DNA of 64,000 bases from contig OX597826.1 in the NCBI GenBank assembly GCA_951406725.2, positions 63,674,001-63,738,000 on the forward strand. The letters run 5' to 3'. The position numbers were made by a program, and so were the translations under genes. This DNA comes from Octopus vulgaris (taxonomy: Eukaryota). Under the pieces are notes generated by a model. That model worked only from the letters and a program-made list of their open reading frames with translations. It was not told the origin of the DNA and ran no database searches. Of the stretch, positions 38,375 through 51,254 are shown piece after piece. Each line of letters begins with the position of its first letter. Position 1 is the stretch's first letter.

Positions 38375-38642
38375 ATTGCTTGTAGGGTCACAGCATTTCA
38401 TTTTCCAACCATAATATACTAAAAAGTATATTATGGTTGCAAGGCAAAACAGTGTTGCTACCAGCAATTAATATGTACAATGCTTAAATAGTTGTCGGGA
38501 ATGTATTCAATGTACAAATTGGTCTATCCACCAGTGTTACACTGTTAAATTTAGTGGTTAATTAAGCAATGTATTCATGAATAGCTAATGGGTTGGATTT
38601 GGTGCTGAACAAAGAGCAATAACTCCTGAAGTATATATATAT

Positions 38643-38997
38643 ATCATCATCATTTAACGTCCGCTTTCCATGCTAGCATGGGTTGGATGATTTGACTGAG
38701 GACTGGCGAACCAGATGGCTGCACCAAGCTCCAAGCTTGATCTGGCAGAGTTTCTACAGCTGGATGCCCTTCCTAACGCTAACCACTCCAAGAGTGTAGT
38801 GGGTGCTTTTATGTGCCACCGGCACAAGGGCCAGTCAGGCGGTACTGGCATCGGCCACGCTCAAATGGTGTTTTTTACGTACCACCTGCACAGGAGCCAG
38901 TCCAGTGGCACTGGTAACAACCTCACTCAAATGTTTTTTCACATGCCACCGGCACAAGTGCCAGTAAGGCGATGCTGGTAACGATCACGCTCAAATG
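38643..38997 (-). mobile_element. SINE-C
   Basis: CATCATCATTTAACGTCCGCTTTCCATGCTAGCATGGG..GGATGCCCTTCCTAACG. Confidence 0.88.
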
Positions 38998-40249
38998 TAA
39001 TTAATTTTATTAATTACCTCTCCATCTTCTCCCCATTCCACAATATATAAATATATGAATCACGGTTTATATGGTTACCTTAGAGTTGAACTATATATAT
39101 ATAGATAGATATACACCCATTACCTACTTTTCTATCTCCGATTGCATTGTTTACATAGATATATTCATATACAAAATGTTGTAACTTCTGGTGCTAGTTC
39201 TAAATATATAAATGTGTGTTTGCCCTTGCCTTGAGGTTACTGTAAACAAGGTATTACTGTCATTAAAGTGATGTTATTTGTTTCCAGTCTTCTGTAATAA
39301 ACATGACTGGCTATGGGGAGATATGACTTTGTTTGGAAAGAGGTGAGGGTTAGCAACAGGAAGGGCACCCAGACATTCAAAATTTGCCTCAACAAAAATT
39401 TTGTCTGACCCATGCAAGCATGGAAAAGTAGATGTTAAACAATGATGGTAGTAGCAAATCACGTGTGTGTGATTAAGAAGTTTGCTTCACAATCACATTG
39501 CATGGTACAATAAATCTATTTATCACTCTAACATCACACAGCTACTGACTTATTTCGTTGACCATAGGACAATGGATAACAAAGCCAATCCACAGTGAAA
39601 TTTTATATTGCAGACATGGAGCACCGAAATAAGCAACAGAATTTGTAATTCACACTGATTAGCTCTCTACCATCTGTGACTACTTCAGTAGACTCTTCTG
39701 AGTACTTCTCCGATTTAAGAGCACATTCCAATCAAACAGACCTCCGGTGCTTGCAATAAGGAAAACTGGCTCTTCAGTTATCATTGCTTATTTTGTTTTC
39801 CTTCTTCTTCTTCTCTATGCTAGCATCAACAGCTGGATAACTGGCAGAAGGTGGTGGGGTGAATGAAATCCCCTTAAGTTCCCAATAGCAAAGCTATTTG
39901 CTAGCAATTACAAGGACAGAGAAAGTGTGGAAGGCGAGTGAGTGAGTCAGTGTGCGTGCATGTGTGTGTGGTGTGTGTATATATATTTTTGAGGTGCAGT
40001 GGAACTGTGTCAGTGACCAGGTTGCAGTTGTGCAACGAAAATTTTGGCGTTACATAAAATAGAAATAAAATTAAAAGTGAATTTAAGAGAGAAGTTTGTG
40101 TACTGCTAAATGGCTAGGATAGCTCTTCCACGATGTAACGGCTTCAGTTTCAACACACAGTCCCAGATTAAGTCACTTGCAAAGATGATGCCAATTAAAA
40201 AGCTCCTCTGTCAGCACCAGGCAAAAAACACTCATACTGGTATCATGTA

Positions 40250-40890
40250 GAAAGCACACATGCCAGTGCCACATTAAAACAGCACCTGTGCCAGTACCAT
40301 GTATAATAGCACCCAGCACACTCTGTAAAGGGGTTGGCATTAGGAAGGGCATCCAGCTGAAGAATCCATGCCAAAACAGACTGGCACTTGATGCAACCCT
40401 CCAGTTTGCCAGCTCCCATCAAACTATCCAACCCATGACAGCATGGAAAAACGGATGTTAAATGATGAAGACGATATATATGTATCCTAAACATAGGCGC
40501 AGGAGTGACTGTGTGGTAAGTAGCTTGCTAACCAACCACATGGTTCCGGGTTCAGTCCCACTGCGTGGCATCTTGGGCAAGTGTCTTCTATCGCCCCGGG
40601 CCGACCAATGCCTTGTGAGTGGATTTGGTAGACGGAAATTGAAAGAAGCCTGTATATATATGTGTATGAGTATGTGTTTGTGTGTCTGTGTTTGTCCCCC
40701 TAGCATTGCTTGACAACCGATGCTGGTGTGTTTACGTCCCCGTCACTTAGTGGTTCGGCAAAAGAGACCGATAGAATAAGTACTGGACTTACAAAGAATA
40801 AGTCCTGGGGTCGATTTGCTCGACTAAAGGCGGTGCTCCAGCATGGCCACAGTCAAATGACCGAAACAAGTAAAAGAGTAAAAGAGAAAA
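40250..40890 (+). mobile_element. SINE-C (40250-40475) followed by full-length SINE-A (40494-40890)
   Basis: AGGCGCAGGAGTGACTGTGTGG..GGTTCCGGGTTCAGTCCC ... AAAGGCGGTGCTCCAGCATGGCC..GAAACAAGTAAAAGAG. Confidence 0.88.
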
Positions 40891-41760
40891 GAGTATATCT
40901 CTTTCTCTTTACCTTTCTCTCCCCTCCCTACAGCATGTCATTAACTCTTCCTTCCCCCTCTTTTCTCTCACCATCTTTTTCTCTTACTTTTTTTTCGCTT
41001 CTCCCTTCAACTATGCATTTGGTGTTATACATCTTTCTCCACTTCTTTCTCACACACTTGTACTCCACCTCTCACTCACTCCACCTCTTTTACTAACTAA
41101 AGTAGTATAACAGGTGAACGAACAAGTAGATTATTATACAGATTATAATATTACACACACTTATTTTCCCTAGCTATCAGAGTTAATTACTGAACATTAA
41201 AATCCCATTAGGTGTTATGAAATACTTACACTGACAAATATTTGAGAGTTTACCTTGAAGGTACCAAGGATAAGGTAAAGATGAATCATGTAACTCAACA
41301 AAACCAACAAAGTTACATAAAATAAATTCTTACAAATGTATTAAAATCAAATTAAAAGATTTTTGAGAAAAAATGAAATATCTACATCATGTTATAAACA
41401 TAATTGAGTGCATCTGGTTCAGAAAAAAATAATAGACGTTCCTGCTCCAGGTCAGCTTTGATCCACTAACTGATTATAAAAGTTGTTCCAGCTGTGACCA
41501 TTCTGTTTTCGAGTTTTATGTTTCTTTGTTTTCTGTATCTCAGACTAAATTTGTTTCTAAAATAATTAAGTTTGACTTGAATGAGAGTTGGCAGCAAAAC
41601 CCAGCTGGTCAAGTATCTGCACAGAGGCTCCCTCATTGGCTAAAAGATGACAGAGGATGAACTAGACTATTGTTTATCTCTTGCTTGTTTCAGTCATTAG
41701 ACTACAGCCATGCTGGGGCACTGCCATGAAGAACTTTAGTCAAACAAATCAATTTCAGTA

Positions 41761-41840
41761 CAGTAATACCTCACTTTACGAGGAACTGCTTTACAAGCAT
41801 ACTCTTGGAATGAATTAACTCATATATCGAGGGATTACTG
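41761..41840. mobile_element. 80-bp Tigger/pogo-type MITE inside a SINE-A
   Basis: TA|CAGTAATACCTC ... GAGGGATTACTG|TA. Confidence 0.75.
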
Positions 41841-41927
41841 TACTTATTTTTTAAGCCTACTACTTATTCCATTGGTCTCTTTTGCCAAACCACTAAGTTA
41901 CAGGGATGGAAACAAACACAGACAAAA

Positions 41928-41962
<35 letters not shown>

Positions 41963-41982
41963 ACAAGCTTTTTTCAGTTTTC

Positions 41983-42216
41983 TTATTTCTTTATTGCTCA
42001 CAAAGGGCTAAACATAGAGGGGACAAACAAGGACAGACAAAGGGATTAAGTCGATTACATCAACCCCAGTGGATAACTGGTACTTAATTTATCAACCCCA
42101 AAAGGATGAAAGGCAAAGTCGACCTCGGCAGAATTTGAACTCAGAACGTAACGGCAGATGAAATACCACTAAGCATTTCGCACGGCGTGCTAACATTTCT
42201 GCCAGCTCATTGCCTT
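41983..42216 (-). mobile_element. SINE-B nested in SINE-A (41680-42300, -)
   Basis: Full SINE-B flanked by AGCTT(T/C)TTTCAGTTT at 41966-41980 and 42222-42236. Confidence 0.85.
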
Positions 42217-42631
42217 GTTTCAGCTTCTTTCAGTTTCCATCAACCAAACCTACTCACAAGTCTTTGGTCAGCTCAAGGCATAGAAGACATTTGCAAAGGT
42301 ATCATGCATCTTGGGCAAGGAACATCAATTTCAAACTCAAAACAATGTGTGTGTGTGTGTGTGTATTCTTTTTATTCTACCACCACAACACAACTACCAC
42401 TATATAATGATACCTATACATATTTATGTTTGAGTATAATAATAATAATGATAATCCTTTCTACTAAAGGCACAAGGCCTGAAATTTGTGGGGAGGGGAC
42501 TAGTCAATTACATCCAAAAGGATGAAAGGCAAAGTTGACTTCGGCAGAATTTGAACTCAGAACATGATGACGGACGAAATACTGCTACGCATTTTGCCCA
42601 GCATGCTAACGATTCTGCCAGCTCACTGCCT

Positions 42632-44175
42632 GTAATTCCTTGAGAACTATCATAACAAGCATAGAAATCTTTGACAGTAAGCCATATTCATGTACCCTGA
42701 AATTACTGGACATTTAAAAAAAATTTTTCCTGTAGTTTCAAGCTTTCTGTAGCATATGTCACTGTGGAACATGAATCTCCAGTTCTATCATTCTAATAGA
42801 GTACTAGGTTCAAACAATATTAGCATCAACTGTGGCAATTTCCAAGGTGACTCACTTTCAGCAAAGAAAAAAGCACATGAACAACCGGCTGGTAGGTGGG
42901 AGCAGAAAGCTCTGCATGGCAAATACGTGGCTTGTACCAAACAAGCTGATGTTGACCAGAAGCACACCCACCAGGGGCTATGAAGCTCAGGGCTAAAAGC
43001 AGAAAGTGAAGGCTTCATTTTAGCTATTCAAGACCAAAACTTATTACCTTGTTATCTTTTAGCAAACAAATGTCTGATTCTACAATGGTGAGATTGAAAC
43101 AATGGATCACAATCTCTGGATGTAAAGTTTCATCACCATGTAGAGTATAAATCAAAACATGTCAGAGTTGACCGATATCCACATTGGTTAATATGTCAGC
43201 ATTATGAAATTGTTGAAAAGTGGTATCAGCATCACCCTGGGACGGTAACTGAAGAAGAAAATGTAATTATTTCTTTGGGACTTTCCTGTACATACAGACA
43301 TAACTGTCAATACTAATAAACCAGATATTGTTGTAAAAGACCAAAATAATAAAGTCTCTTACTCTTTTACTTGTTTCAGTCATTTGACTGCGGCCATGCT
43401 GGAGCACCGCCTTTAGTTGAGCAAATCGACCCCGGGACTTATTCTTTGTAAGCCCAGTACTTATTCTATCGGTCTCTTTTGTCGAACCGCTAAGTGACGG
43501 GGATGTAAACACACCAGCATCGGTTGTCAAGCAATGCTAGGGGGACATATACGACAGGCTTCTTTCAGTTTCCGTCAACCAAATCCACTCACAAGGCATT
43601 GGTCGGCCCGGGGCTATAACAGAAGACACTTTCCCAAGATGCCACGCAGTGGGACTGAACCCGGAACCATGTGGTTGGTTAGCAAGCTACTTACCACACA
43701 GCCACTCCTGCGCCTATTTATTGATTAGTCTGTTTATTGATTAATATAAGCATCCCTTGTGATCATAATATTGCAGAAAAAAAGAATTTGGCAAAATCAG
43801 AAAATATAAAAATCTGCTAATTGAAATCGAAAGAAAAGTGACATCTCAAGGCAGTTTCAGTACCAGTGAGTGTAGGAGCACTAGGAATGATCAAAAATGG
43901 AACTGGAAATTATTTGAGAATTATCTCTGGTATATCATCCCTGTAAGAAGTGCAAAGAATTGTTTTAACAAGTACATCACATGTTGTGAGAAAATTGTTG
44001 CTGTGGGAACAACTTTCCACGTAATAATTTTTGTTTTTTACATAACTTTGTTTGATTTTGTAAATAAACAATCTCGTGTGTTTATTTTAATGGCCTATCA
44101 ATGTTTACGGTGCGTTTCTTTGCCCTAGGTGTCAGGAAGTCACCAGGTGAGAAATGGAAACAAAATTGAAGGAAG
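42632..44175 (+). mobile_element. R4/Dong-clade (RLE-type) non-LTR retrotransposon relic, internally deleted and interrupted by SINE-A
   Basis: RT fragment INCGNFQGDSLS fused to WEQKALHGKY..SSGLKAESEGFILAIQDQ, zinc-knuckle remnant ETMDH.ISGC, RLE WDFPVHTD..NKPDIVVKD..LFID..IP.D..KYKNL, GALGMI, EVQRIVLTSTSHV. Multiple frameshifts. Confidence 0.85.
43354..43714 (-). mobile_element. Young SINE-A (microsatellite segment absent) inserted in the RLE domain
   Basis: CpG-retaining copy, CTCTTTTACTTGTTTCAGTCATTTGACTGCGGCC ... CCACTCCTGCGCCT. Confidence 0.9.
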
Positions 44176-44806
44176 ATGAAAAACACATAACACTAATAAC
44201 AATGTATCATGCAAGATAAGAAATAGAACTTAATACGACACAGAATATTGACAGATATCACATGAGGAGACAAATAACTTCCGTTCCGATATCAAAATAC
44301 AGACAGAAAAATCAATATTTTTATGATTCATTTTTGTGGAGGTGGGTGGGGGCGCAGAAGAGAACGAAAACAAAGAATAAAGAATCAGACAGTTTGAAAA
44401 TAGCCAGGAGGAGGAGGGAGTGGAGGAAGACAAGAAAGAAAGATGGAGTATTAGAGATAAAGACCAATTCAGAACAAAGGAAAATTGGGATGATGAAAAT
44501 GAAGCTGACTCTGGAGATGAATAAAGTTGTGTCGCAGTAGCCATAGCGATGATGAGGATGATGATGATGCAAATGTGACGGAATTTGAAAGATTTATCAA
44601 TCGAAAAAAATTTAGAGTGAAATAGTGTTTTTTATCTTTTACTTGTTTCAAGCCATTGGACAGCAGTACTTATTCTTTTGCTTAGTCTGGTACTTCTATC
44701 AGTCTCTTTTGCTGAGCATCTAAGTTATGGGGGACATAATTACATCAACACCAAATGTCAAGCAGTGAGTGGTGGTGCACAAACACACATATGCATGCAT
44801 ACATAT

Positions 44807-44847
<41 letters not shown>

Positions 44848-44850
<3 letters not shown>

Positions 44851-45060
44851 CGGGAAGCTTTATGAAAATAAACAAAAGACGAAGGCAGGTGGAGTACAAA
44901 CAAAAAATTGTATTAGTATGGCGCTCAGGAATATAAATAAAACAAGTCTTTTACGTTTCGAGCCTACGTTCTTCAACAGAAAGATACACAGAAAAGAAAC
45001 ACGGAGAGAAACAAGGAGAGAAAAAAAATGTGTGCAGAAGCTAGCGATTCAACATGGCGA
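44848..45060 (-). mobile_element. Penelope-like terminal fragment inserted in (TA)n, with a hammerhead-like motif
   Basis: (TA)n on both sides. Minus strand 44984-44947 reads TCTTT-CTGTTGA-AGAAC-GTAG-GCTC-GAAAC-GTA-AAAGA. Confidence 0.55.
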
Positions 45061-45269
45061 TATATATATATATATATACCATGGACTCTTCTGTCATTAG
45101 ATGACATATGAGGATTCAGCAATTTCTTGCTGAACAACTATGCAGATGATTTGTTTATAGTGATCAAATGTCTGTGTTCACATAAGCTCACTCCCTCCAT
45201 CAAATCAACATTACCTGTACAGGTGTACCATGTGCCACACATCAGATGATGAAATGATGTGTGTATCAT

Positions 45270-45533
45270 TATCATCATAATCACCATCCTTTAACGACCG
45301 TTTTCCATGCTAGCATGGGTTGGACAGTTTGACCGGGGTCTGGGAAGCCATGGAGGCTGCACCAGGCTCCAGTCTGATCTGGCAGTGTTTCTACAGCTGG
45401 ATGCCCTTTCTAATGCCAACCACTCCGTGAGTGTAGTGGGTGCTTTTTACGTGCCACCAGCACAGGTGCCAGGGGAGGCTGACAACGGCCACGATCAGTT
45501 GGTGCTTTCTACGTGCCACTGGCACAGAAGTCA

Positions 45534-45572
<39 letters not shown>

Positions 45573-45790
45573 TACATCATCCGCATCATTGTTTCATGTT
45601 GTTTGTTCCATGCTGGCATGGGTTGGACAGTTTGACAGAGGGCTCTGTCAGATTCTATGTCTGCTTTGGCATATTTTCTACAGCTGGATACACTTCCTAA
45701 TCACATAACAGAGTGTACAAGGAGCTTTTTGCATAGTGCCAGCACTGACGAGGTTGCCAAATACCCACAAGATAAGACCCTTCAAGTGAG
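45270..45790 (-). mobile_element. Two SINE-C copies in tandem
   Basis: CCATGCT(A/G)GCATGGGTTGGACAGTTTGAC and CTACAGCTGGAT each occur twice. Confidence 0.8.
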
Positions 45791-45842
45791 CAGGGTATAG
45801 GCTAGAGGAATAAGAAACTATGATAGAGGGACAAGAGGGCAA

Positions 45843-46040
45843 TGGATTAGCAGTTATCTACACTATACTAGCTGTTCAGCGGGGACTGGATTAGCAGTCG
45901 ACTACACTGAACTAGCTGTTCAGAGGGCACTGGATTAACAATTGAGTGCACTGGATTAGCTGTTCAGAAAAAAAAAACTGAGCTAGCTGTTCAGACCATG
46001 CTGAGTTAGGTGTTTAGAGACAGCACTGAGCTAGCTGTTA
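45843..46040. repeat. Degenerate ~20/40-bp minisatellite
   Basis: Recurring ACTGGATTAGC / ACTGAGCTAGCTGTTCAG units, about 9 copies. Confidence 0.8.
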
Positions 46041-47872
46041 ATGTACTGACGCTCTGACGCTTACTTGGGTAAGTAAAAGAAAATGAAGAAGAAAAAGAAA
46101 GACAGAAGAAAAAGAAAGTGGAAACATGCGAAAGTGGAATCTATAAATCAATAATGAATCACTTACAGCAAAATCAACCTTCAAACAGCATCACTCAGTA
46201 TTTTTGAAAATAACATGTCTACTTACATACAACTCAACTTTTTTCATATTTTGTAAAAATTCAACACATACCTAAATAAAAAAATAAAAAGAACAAGCAT
46301 TAGTATTGGAAATTTTTCAAATGTCTTCTCTAGTCTTTTATTACACTAGAAAATGATATTTAACATCAAAATTTCATAATTTTAGTATATGCAATTTACT
46401 TTGCTAATCTCCTACCCTCCAAACTTACCCATAAAATGTAACACCTATTCAACCCTTGGGCAAGAGAACTGGTTCATTTGACATCAGGGCCTGTCCACAC
46501 ATGTCAAGAGATGGACCTTCCTTCCTCCGAATACTGCACTCTTTAACCATAGGACAAATATTTTTGGTTCACAATAGGAAGTATGTTAGCCTACACTTAA
46601 CAAGAGTCTATAAGTTTGGCGTACAAGTCTGTTTTGCTAAGTAGATTTTTGACCATTTCTAGAAATAGTTTTACTATAAAGTAATTTTTCTTTTGGTATT
46701 ATCAATGTGATAATGATGATGTTGAAACATTGTACATCCACCGGCTTGTTTTCCTTCTATGAGAATGGTTCTAGAGCAGTCATGTTTGTTTTCATGCTTG
46801 ACCTCATCATCATATATCTGTTTACAACACTGAGAGTAGTTCTAGTTAGAAAGTGTGCAAGTTAGAAAATAATAGGATTATATTTTTGTGAACAGAGCCA
46901 AGCACTTTGTGTAGATGTCAAATTCTATTATGTTGAATTTGTGATAAAGTTGTAGCTATTTTATACAACTCTGAAGGTTAATGACCTTCTGAAACAAGTG
47001 AGTATAACAACACTCTTTGGATGTCTAAAAATTAAACTTCTATGCTTGTTTCACAGTTTGAATCATAGAATAAAGTTTTAGTAACCAAGCGTCCTTCCAA
47101 TCACGCCCTATTTTCTTAAAATAGAAAAGACAAACTGAAAAGTATATCAGATACACTTATCTGCGAAAAACAAAAAGGGTGGTCACAACTAAGTCAGGCT
47201 ATCTTGGGCTAAACAACAAAAACAAGCACATGCCTATTAAAGATTATTTGTGTTTTATATACCCTCTAAAAGTCATAACAGTAGATAAGCTTTATATTCT
47301 TTGTATTTATACCTTGTCTTTAATCTTTGATTTGTACATAAGTCACTTTTTTGTGAATACCATTTGTAAATTTCCTTGTCTTTGTGTTTAAATAGTTAAC
47401 TCATTTGAATGAAACAATACCAATCATTGCCAATACTGTCTAGCAAATTCACAGAGCCATAGATATTTGAAGCAATTTGTTTCTATGATCTCTGTCCAGA
47501 AAAGACAGACAAACCTGAGCTTTTAAGTCAACACTTCTCATTGACTGACAATATATGCAACATCCACTGGGAATTAGACTTAAAATTTGCCAATAAAGAG
47601 TATATATATTTGCACATGTAGAAGCTCATCATCATTATTTTAACATCCATTTTTCTATGCTTTCAAGGGGCAGATGAAATTAACTGAGGCAGATTTTCTA
47701 TGGCTGGATGCCCTCCTGCCACCAACCCTCACCTGTTTCCAGAAGACTGAAAACAAATGACACTGCTTGTATAATGGTGATGCTCATTTACAGCTATCTT
47801 GTGATGTCAAGATAAGGGGACACTAATACACAAACACACATATACATATTTAACAGGCTTCTTTCAGTTTCT

Positions 47873-48100
47873 TATTTTTTTATTGCCCACAAGGGGCTAA
47901 ACATAAAAGAGAAAAACAAGGACAGACAAAAGGATTAAGTCGATTTCATTGACCCCAGTGCATAACTGGTACTTAATTTATCGACCCTGAAAGGATGAAA
48001 GGTTGACCTCGGCAGAATTTGAACTCAGAACATAACGGCAGACGAAATACCGCTAAGCATTTCGCCCGACGTGCTAACATTTCTGCCAGCTCGCCGCCTT
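47873..48100 (-). mobile_element. SINE-B nested in SINE-A 5' half
   Basis: TSD CAGGCTTCTTTCAGTTTCT at 47854-47872 and 48102-48120. Confidence 0.9.
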
Positions 48101-49734
48101 TCAGGCTTCTTTCAGTTTCTATCAACCAAATCCTCCCACAAGGCTTTGACTACAATAAAAGACACTTTCCCAGGGTGATATATGGGAACCTAATACTATG
48201 TGATTGGAAGTAAACTTCTTAATTATTACAGAGATGTACTTGCATAGCAAGTGACCTGATCTGAGATCGTGTGCTGGAACGAAAACAATTGCAGCATGGA
48301 AGATGTTCATAAGCCATTTAAGAAACACACAAAAACCATTAGATTCACTTCAACATTTAAATTTAATCTGCCAAAACATTTTTGTCGCTTTGAGACCGCG
48401 ACCTGTTCACGGACAACAAAATTGTCACTTGTTACTGCTACTCCATTTAACACACAATATATATATAAAGACTAAATGTCGTCACAGGCACATTTCTTTT
48501 GTGGCAGAATCAAATTCTACTTCGACAGTCATGATTGTTTCCATGCATGACATCATCAACATTTATTTTTTTTTACAATATCAATACTCACAGAAACTGT
48601 GTAGGTGATATGACCAATCTTTCCAATATACCCAGTCACCTTTTGTGTGTGTGTGTGTGTGCGTGTGCATTGGTATATGCTTAAATTTGTGTTTGCAACA
48701 AGATTTGGTAGATAAGGTGCATGCAGTTCTATGAGCTCTTTTCTTGAATAAGAAAAAAATGCAATTTTTTGTGCAAGTAGATATGGTAATTTATAAAGAA
48801 TTATGATCAATGCTGAAAAATCAGATAGGGCTTTGGGTGTCAGGTTACAGCAGGAGATCACTTAACACATTGCTTGTTACAAGTTAAAACATCACTCAAG
48901 CCATTCTGTTCCACTCCTAGACAAATCACACCATTCTCTCGCTCTCTCTCTGCTTCAGTCAGTTTGGCTAACAACAGATTCCATTATTATTTCATAACAA
49001 TGTGATTAACAACTGAAAGAGTAAGCAACAAGCAATAAAAAAAAAAAATCACTTACTGCAAGAAGATAATACTATTCAAACTCCCAAAGACTATCTCACT
49101 TACACTAACATAGAAAAATGTATGCAACAAAATAAAAAACGTGTAGAAGGAAAAAGAATTATTAAATGATTCAAAGAAGAAAAATTCTTATATATCAAAC
49201 ATTATTTAATAATAAGTATTATGTAACTTGCATATGAATTGTACTTTTATCTATATTTTCCATTGTGGATTTTCTCTCTGAGTGACAGACCCTTTCAAAC
49301 AGGAATTCCTAAATAATCTGTTTCTAATATAATAGAAATATTCAATACGAATGAATCCTATTGGCCTATTATGCTAATATATTTGCCCATAAATCACAAT
49401 TAGAGGTGAGAGAATAGAGATTACAACAAGGGGGAAACGGCAGTGTTGTAAATAGATCAAAGGATGTTGGCATAAGTAAGAAAAGTAAACATTTTCGAAA
49501 GAAGTCATTGATCAGAATTCCTATAGTCTATCTATCATTACTGGATCTACTGGGAGAAGTTCAGAGAAACTGCCAATAAATAAAATATAGTTCTTGAAAT
49601 CTTTGTGCCAATCAGTAAAAGAATTCTTTGGTTCAAATCTTAAATAAACATACAGAAGCCAAATAAAATCAGACCGAGGCATCCAGAGAGAAATATTTTG
49701 TTATTCATAGTCAATATACATAGTGTTGGCATGA

Positions 49735-49912
49735 ATGCATGGTAAAGAAGATCGATTTGCAACCATGTGATTTTAGGTTCAGTCCCATTGCACGGCACCT
49801 CGGGCAAGTGTCTCCTACAATAACCCCGAGCCAACTAATGCCTAGTGAATGAATTTGGTAGATGGAAAGTGCCTGGAAACTCATTGTGTGTGTGTTTGTG
49901 TGTGAGTGTGTG

Positions 49913-49947
<35 letters not shown>

Positions 49948-50019
49948 GCATACACAAAAGGCCTCCACACAATTTCCATCTAATAAATATATACATACAT
50001 TCTCACACACATGCGTATG

Positions 50020-50075
<56 letters not shown>

Positions 50076-50490
50076 TGTCCTGTACTCATATATGCATGTA
50101 TATATACATGTAGAGGTAGGTGCGTACATATATGTATGTATATATGCATATGTTTTATTTATTTATTAATTTATTATATATATATATATATACATATATA
50201 AATATAGAATAGTGGTACACCAAAGCACCAATGTTTACCGGAAACACACACACACACACATGTATGTATGCATGTGTGTCTTTGAGTTTGTCCTCAACCA
50301 TCACTTGACAACTTGTACTGGTTTGTTTGCATCCTCATAACTGAGAGGATTGGCAAAAGGAACCAACAGAATGAATCCCAAACTTCTTCAAAAATTAGTA
50401 CCAGAGTTTATTTGTTTGATTAAACCATTTAAGCTGGAACCCACAGCATGGCAGCAGTCCAATGACTGCACTGCATACAAGTAAAAGGAG
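49735..50490. mobile_element. SINE-A fragments separated by expanded (TA)/(CA) microsatellites
   Basis: 5' half at 49735-49900, 3' half at 50270-50490. Confidence 0.7.
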
Positions 50491-51011
50491 ATAACCCTAA
50501 AAACTTCTGCAATTCAATGCAGAAAGGTTTTGTTTAACGTGAAGAAGGAGAATAAAAGGAAGGTGGGAAGGGTGTATAGAAAGGTGAAAAAGGGTAAAAA
50601 ATAATGTTTTGGTTTATCTATCATTCTGAAGTTAAGTTGCCAAATGATTACAAGTATAATGGCCAAAGAGAAATGTTAGTTTGGCAAGAAGAGAAATTTT
50701 CTTGATTAAAATTCAAACCAGCTCCTTAAACCGATATAGAAAAGAAAATGGCTACTTTGAATAGATATTTTATAATTCATTGTGACAAGAGAATATATGA
50801 TAGTATATATGTATACATGCATACATACATACATACATACATACAGACAGGCAGATTGTTTAAGCTGGAACTATATAGGGAAAATTCTCTCAATTACTTC
50901 AAGTGCCAAGTCAGGACGGTACAATTGAGAATTGTTTCATTGTAACATTGACTTATATGTAGCCACAAATTCATTCTCCTCCTCTCTCACATACATATCT
51001 ACACACTCATT

Positions 51012-51049
<38 letters not shown>

Positions 51050-51240
51050 TACACGTATCTGCACATTCATTCTCTCTCACACAAATATATCCACACATAC
51101 ACACGCAGTCATTCACTCATTCTCACACATACCCAGTCTGATATCACGTGTTCATTTATATATATATGCATACAGACATACTATTTCACACAAAGAAACA
51201 AAAACAAAACATTTGCATACAGAGACATAGGGAGACATAT

Positions 51241-51254
51241 GTTGCCATAGAAAC
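51241..51254. promoter_or_regulatory. Candidate RFX X-box
   Basis: GTTGCCATAGAAAC, a near-consensus X-box within the palindromic context ATGTTGCCATAGAAACAT. Confidence 0.3.

Noticed and set aside
39600-40050. Unique island read as a coding exon
   Set aside because: The minus-strand frames I checked are interrupted by stops and there is no coherent acceptor-donor pair; it may be regulatory but is unsupported.
44230-44570. Acidic protein-like stretch (..EEEGVEEDKKE..DDENEADSGDE)
   Set aside because: In-frame stops, no clear splice sites, and purine-rich low complexity.
46440-46860. Possible Penelope coding relic
   Set aside because: Only vague motif resemblance with many stops; cannot be supported without a profile search.
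41221-49110. Minus-strand AG-T-GTAAGT and CAGTAAGT motifs (41225, 46160, 49050, 49098) as recursive splice sites or tiny exons
   Set aside because: None has the canonical YAG|GT juxtaposition, and GTAAGT hexamers are expected by chance in AT-rich DNA.
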